Assembly (NCBI RefSeq): GCF_009914755.1
Contig: NC_060938.1
Strand: one strand, 5' to 3'
Length of the DNA stretch: 64,000 bases
Source: the human T2T-CHM13v2.0 reference genome, Homo sapiens
This document shows, piece after piece, positions 62,701-64,000 of this stretch (position 1 is its first letter; every line of letters starts with the position of its first letter). Below the pieces are notes generated by a model. The model was not told the DNA's origin. It searched no databases and saw only the letters and a program-made list of their open reading frames with translations. Position numbers and translations under genes: made by a program.

Positions 62701-64000
62701 GCGGGGTCAGAGGAATAGAAAGGGATAGGGCTGAAGAACACAGGTCGCTGCATTTAGAAAGGACGCGGGGTCAGAGGAATAGAAAGGGACAGGACAGAAG
62801 AACACAGGTCGCTGCATTTAGAAAGGAGGCGGGGTCAGAGGAATAGAAAGGGACAGGGCTGAAGAACACAGGTCGCTGCATTTAGAAAGGAGGCGGGGTC
62901 AGAGGAATAGAAAGGGACAGGACAGAAGAACACAGGTCGCTGCATTTAGAAAGGAGGCGGGGTCAGAGGAATAGAAAGGGATAGGGCTGAAGAACAGAGG
63001 TCGCTGCATTTAGAAAGGAGGCGGGGTCAGAGGAATAGAAAGGGATAGGGCTGAAGAACACAGGTCGCTGCATTTAGAAAGGAGGCGGGGTCAGAGGAAT
63101 AGAAAGGGACAGGGCTGAAGAACACAGGTCGCTGCATTTAGAAAGGAGGCGGGGTCAGAGGAATAGAAAGGGATAGGGGTGAAGAACAGAGGTCACTGCA
63201 TTTAGAAAGGAGGCGGGGTTAGAGGAATAGAAAGGGACAGGGCTGAAGAACACAGGTCGCTGCATTTAGAAAGGAGGCGGGGTCAGAGGAATAGAAAGGG
63301 ACAGGGCTGAAGAACACAGGTCGCTGCATTTAGAAAGGAGGCGGGGTCAGAGGAATAGAAAGGGACAGGGCTGAAGAACACAGGTCGCTGCATTTAGAAA
63401 GGAGGCGGGGTCAGAGGAATAGAAAGGGACAGGGCTGAAGAACACAGGTCGCTGCATTTAGAAAGGAGGCGGGGTCAGAGGAATAGAAAGGGACAGGGCT
63501 GAAGAACACAGGTCACTGCATTTAGAAAGGAGGCGGGGTCAGAGGAATAGAAAGGGATAGGGCTGAAGAACAGAGGTCGCTGCATTTAGAAAGGAGGCGG
63601 GGTCAGTAGAATAGAAAGGGAGAGGACAGAAGAACACAGGTCGCTGCATTTAGAAAGGAGGCGGGGTCAGAGGAATAGAAAGGGATAGGGCTGAAGAACA
63701 CAGGTCGCTGCATTTAGAAAGGAGGCGGGGTCAGAGGAATAGAAAGGGATAGGGCTGAAGAACACAGGTCGCTGCATTTAGAAAGGAGGCGGGGTCAGAG
63801 GAATAGAAAGGGACAGGGCTGAAGAACACAGGTCGCTGCATTTAGAAAGGAGGCGGGGTCAGAGGAATAGAAAGGGATGGGGCTGAAGAACACAGGTCGC
63901 TGCATTTAGAAAGGAGGCGGGGTCAGAGGAATAGAAAGGGATGGGGCTGAAGAACAGAGGTCGCTGCATTTAGAAAGGAGGCGGGGTCAGAGGAATAGAA
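56781..64000 (+). repeat. Copy 2 of the large intra-array duplication (runs off the window end)
   Basis: The same rare variants occur at 56835, 57612 and 57949 (offset 29371), then at 58121, 58918, ~59890, 62690 and 63622 (offset 29435, i.e. one extra monomer). Confidence 0.95.

Larger units (their letters stand above)
1..64000 (+). repeat. 64-bp tandem satellite array, ~1000 head-to-tail monomers, extending beyond both window edges
   Basis: The unit AATAGAAAGGGATAGGGCTGAAGAACACAGGTCGCTGCATTTAGAAAGGAGGCGGGGTCAGAGG (64 nt) recurs throughout. The first monomer starts at 1 and the last partial one at 63994 (1000x64-7). That matches ten 1-bp deletions (~2030, 9233, 30451, 36997, 38020, 42195, 42351, 44271, 56431, 59886) and three 1-bp insertions (~28241, 50380, 57612). 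Most monomers differ from consensus by only a few bases. Confidence 0.99.
1..64000. repeat. Probable WaluSat family (64-bp primate satellite; large arrays on human acrocentric short arms)
   Basis: Inference from recall of the T2T-CHM13 repeat annotation: a 64-bp, G-rich, strand-asymmetric monomer in very large homogeneous arrays. Not verified by alignment, and the flanking Alu of the composite is not in this window. Confidence 0.65.

Noticed and set aside
1-64000. CRISPR-like alternation of constant and variable segments at a ~64-bp period
   Set aside because: The variable segment differs only by a few SNPs, so there are no unique spacers. There is also no palindromic repeat, leader or cas gene.
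1-64000. Alpha satellite, 68-bp beta satellite, HSat2/3, or telomeric repeat
   Set aside because: The unit is 64 bp, not 171, 68 or 5-6 bp. It has no CENP-B box, no GATC (Sau3A) site in the consensus, and no (CATTC)n or TTAGGG runs.
1-64000. Tandem tRNA/5S/snRNA or Pol III gene array
   Set aside because: A 73% purine strand cannot form a cloverleaf or extensive stems, and there is no convincing B box or T4+ terminator in the consensus.
1-64000. Embedded transposon, unique insert or inversion
   Set aside because: None was seen on reading, and the 64-bp phase is fully accounted for by 13 single-base indels.
1-64000. Single regular higher-order repeat across the window
   Set aside because: Duplication offsets are heterogeneous (2, 3-5, 9, 16, 18-21, 30, 45, ~100, 218, 379 and ~460 monomers), with no fixed period.

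Overview
The whole 64-kb window is one uninterrupted, head-to-tail, single-orientation tandem array of a 64-bp monomer. The consensus is AATAGAAAGGGA(T/C)AGG(G/C/A)CTGAAGAACA(C/G)AGGTCGCTGCATTTAGAAAGGAGGCGGGGTCAGAGG. Phase bookkeeping gives 1000 monomers plus a 7-bp partial copy; the only length changes I saw were ten 1-bp deletions and three 1-bp insertions. The unit length and purine/G-rich composition match my recollection of the primate 64-bp satellite WaluSat (T2T-CHM13; chr10 and acrocentric short arms), but I could not verify this by search. I found no genes, RNA genes, transposons or CRISPR arrays, and the five 63-aa ORFs are artefacts of single stop-removing variants. The informative structure is in the variant pattern: a near-identical >=7.1-kb duplication offset by ~29.4 kb, nested 0.1-2 kb block duplications, recurrent linked-variant cassettes, a possible degenerate 6-7 kb superperiod, and variation concentrated at three monomer positions. 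I see no evidence for a new protein-based system.
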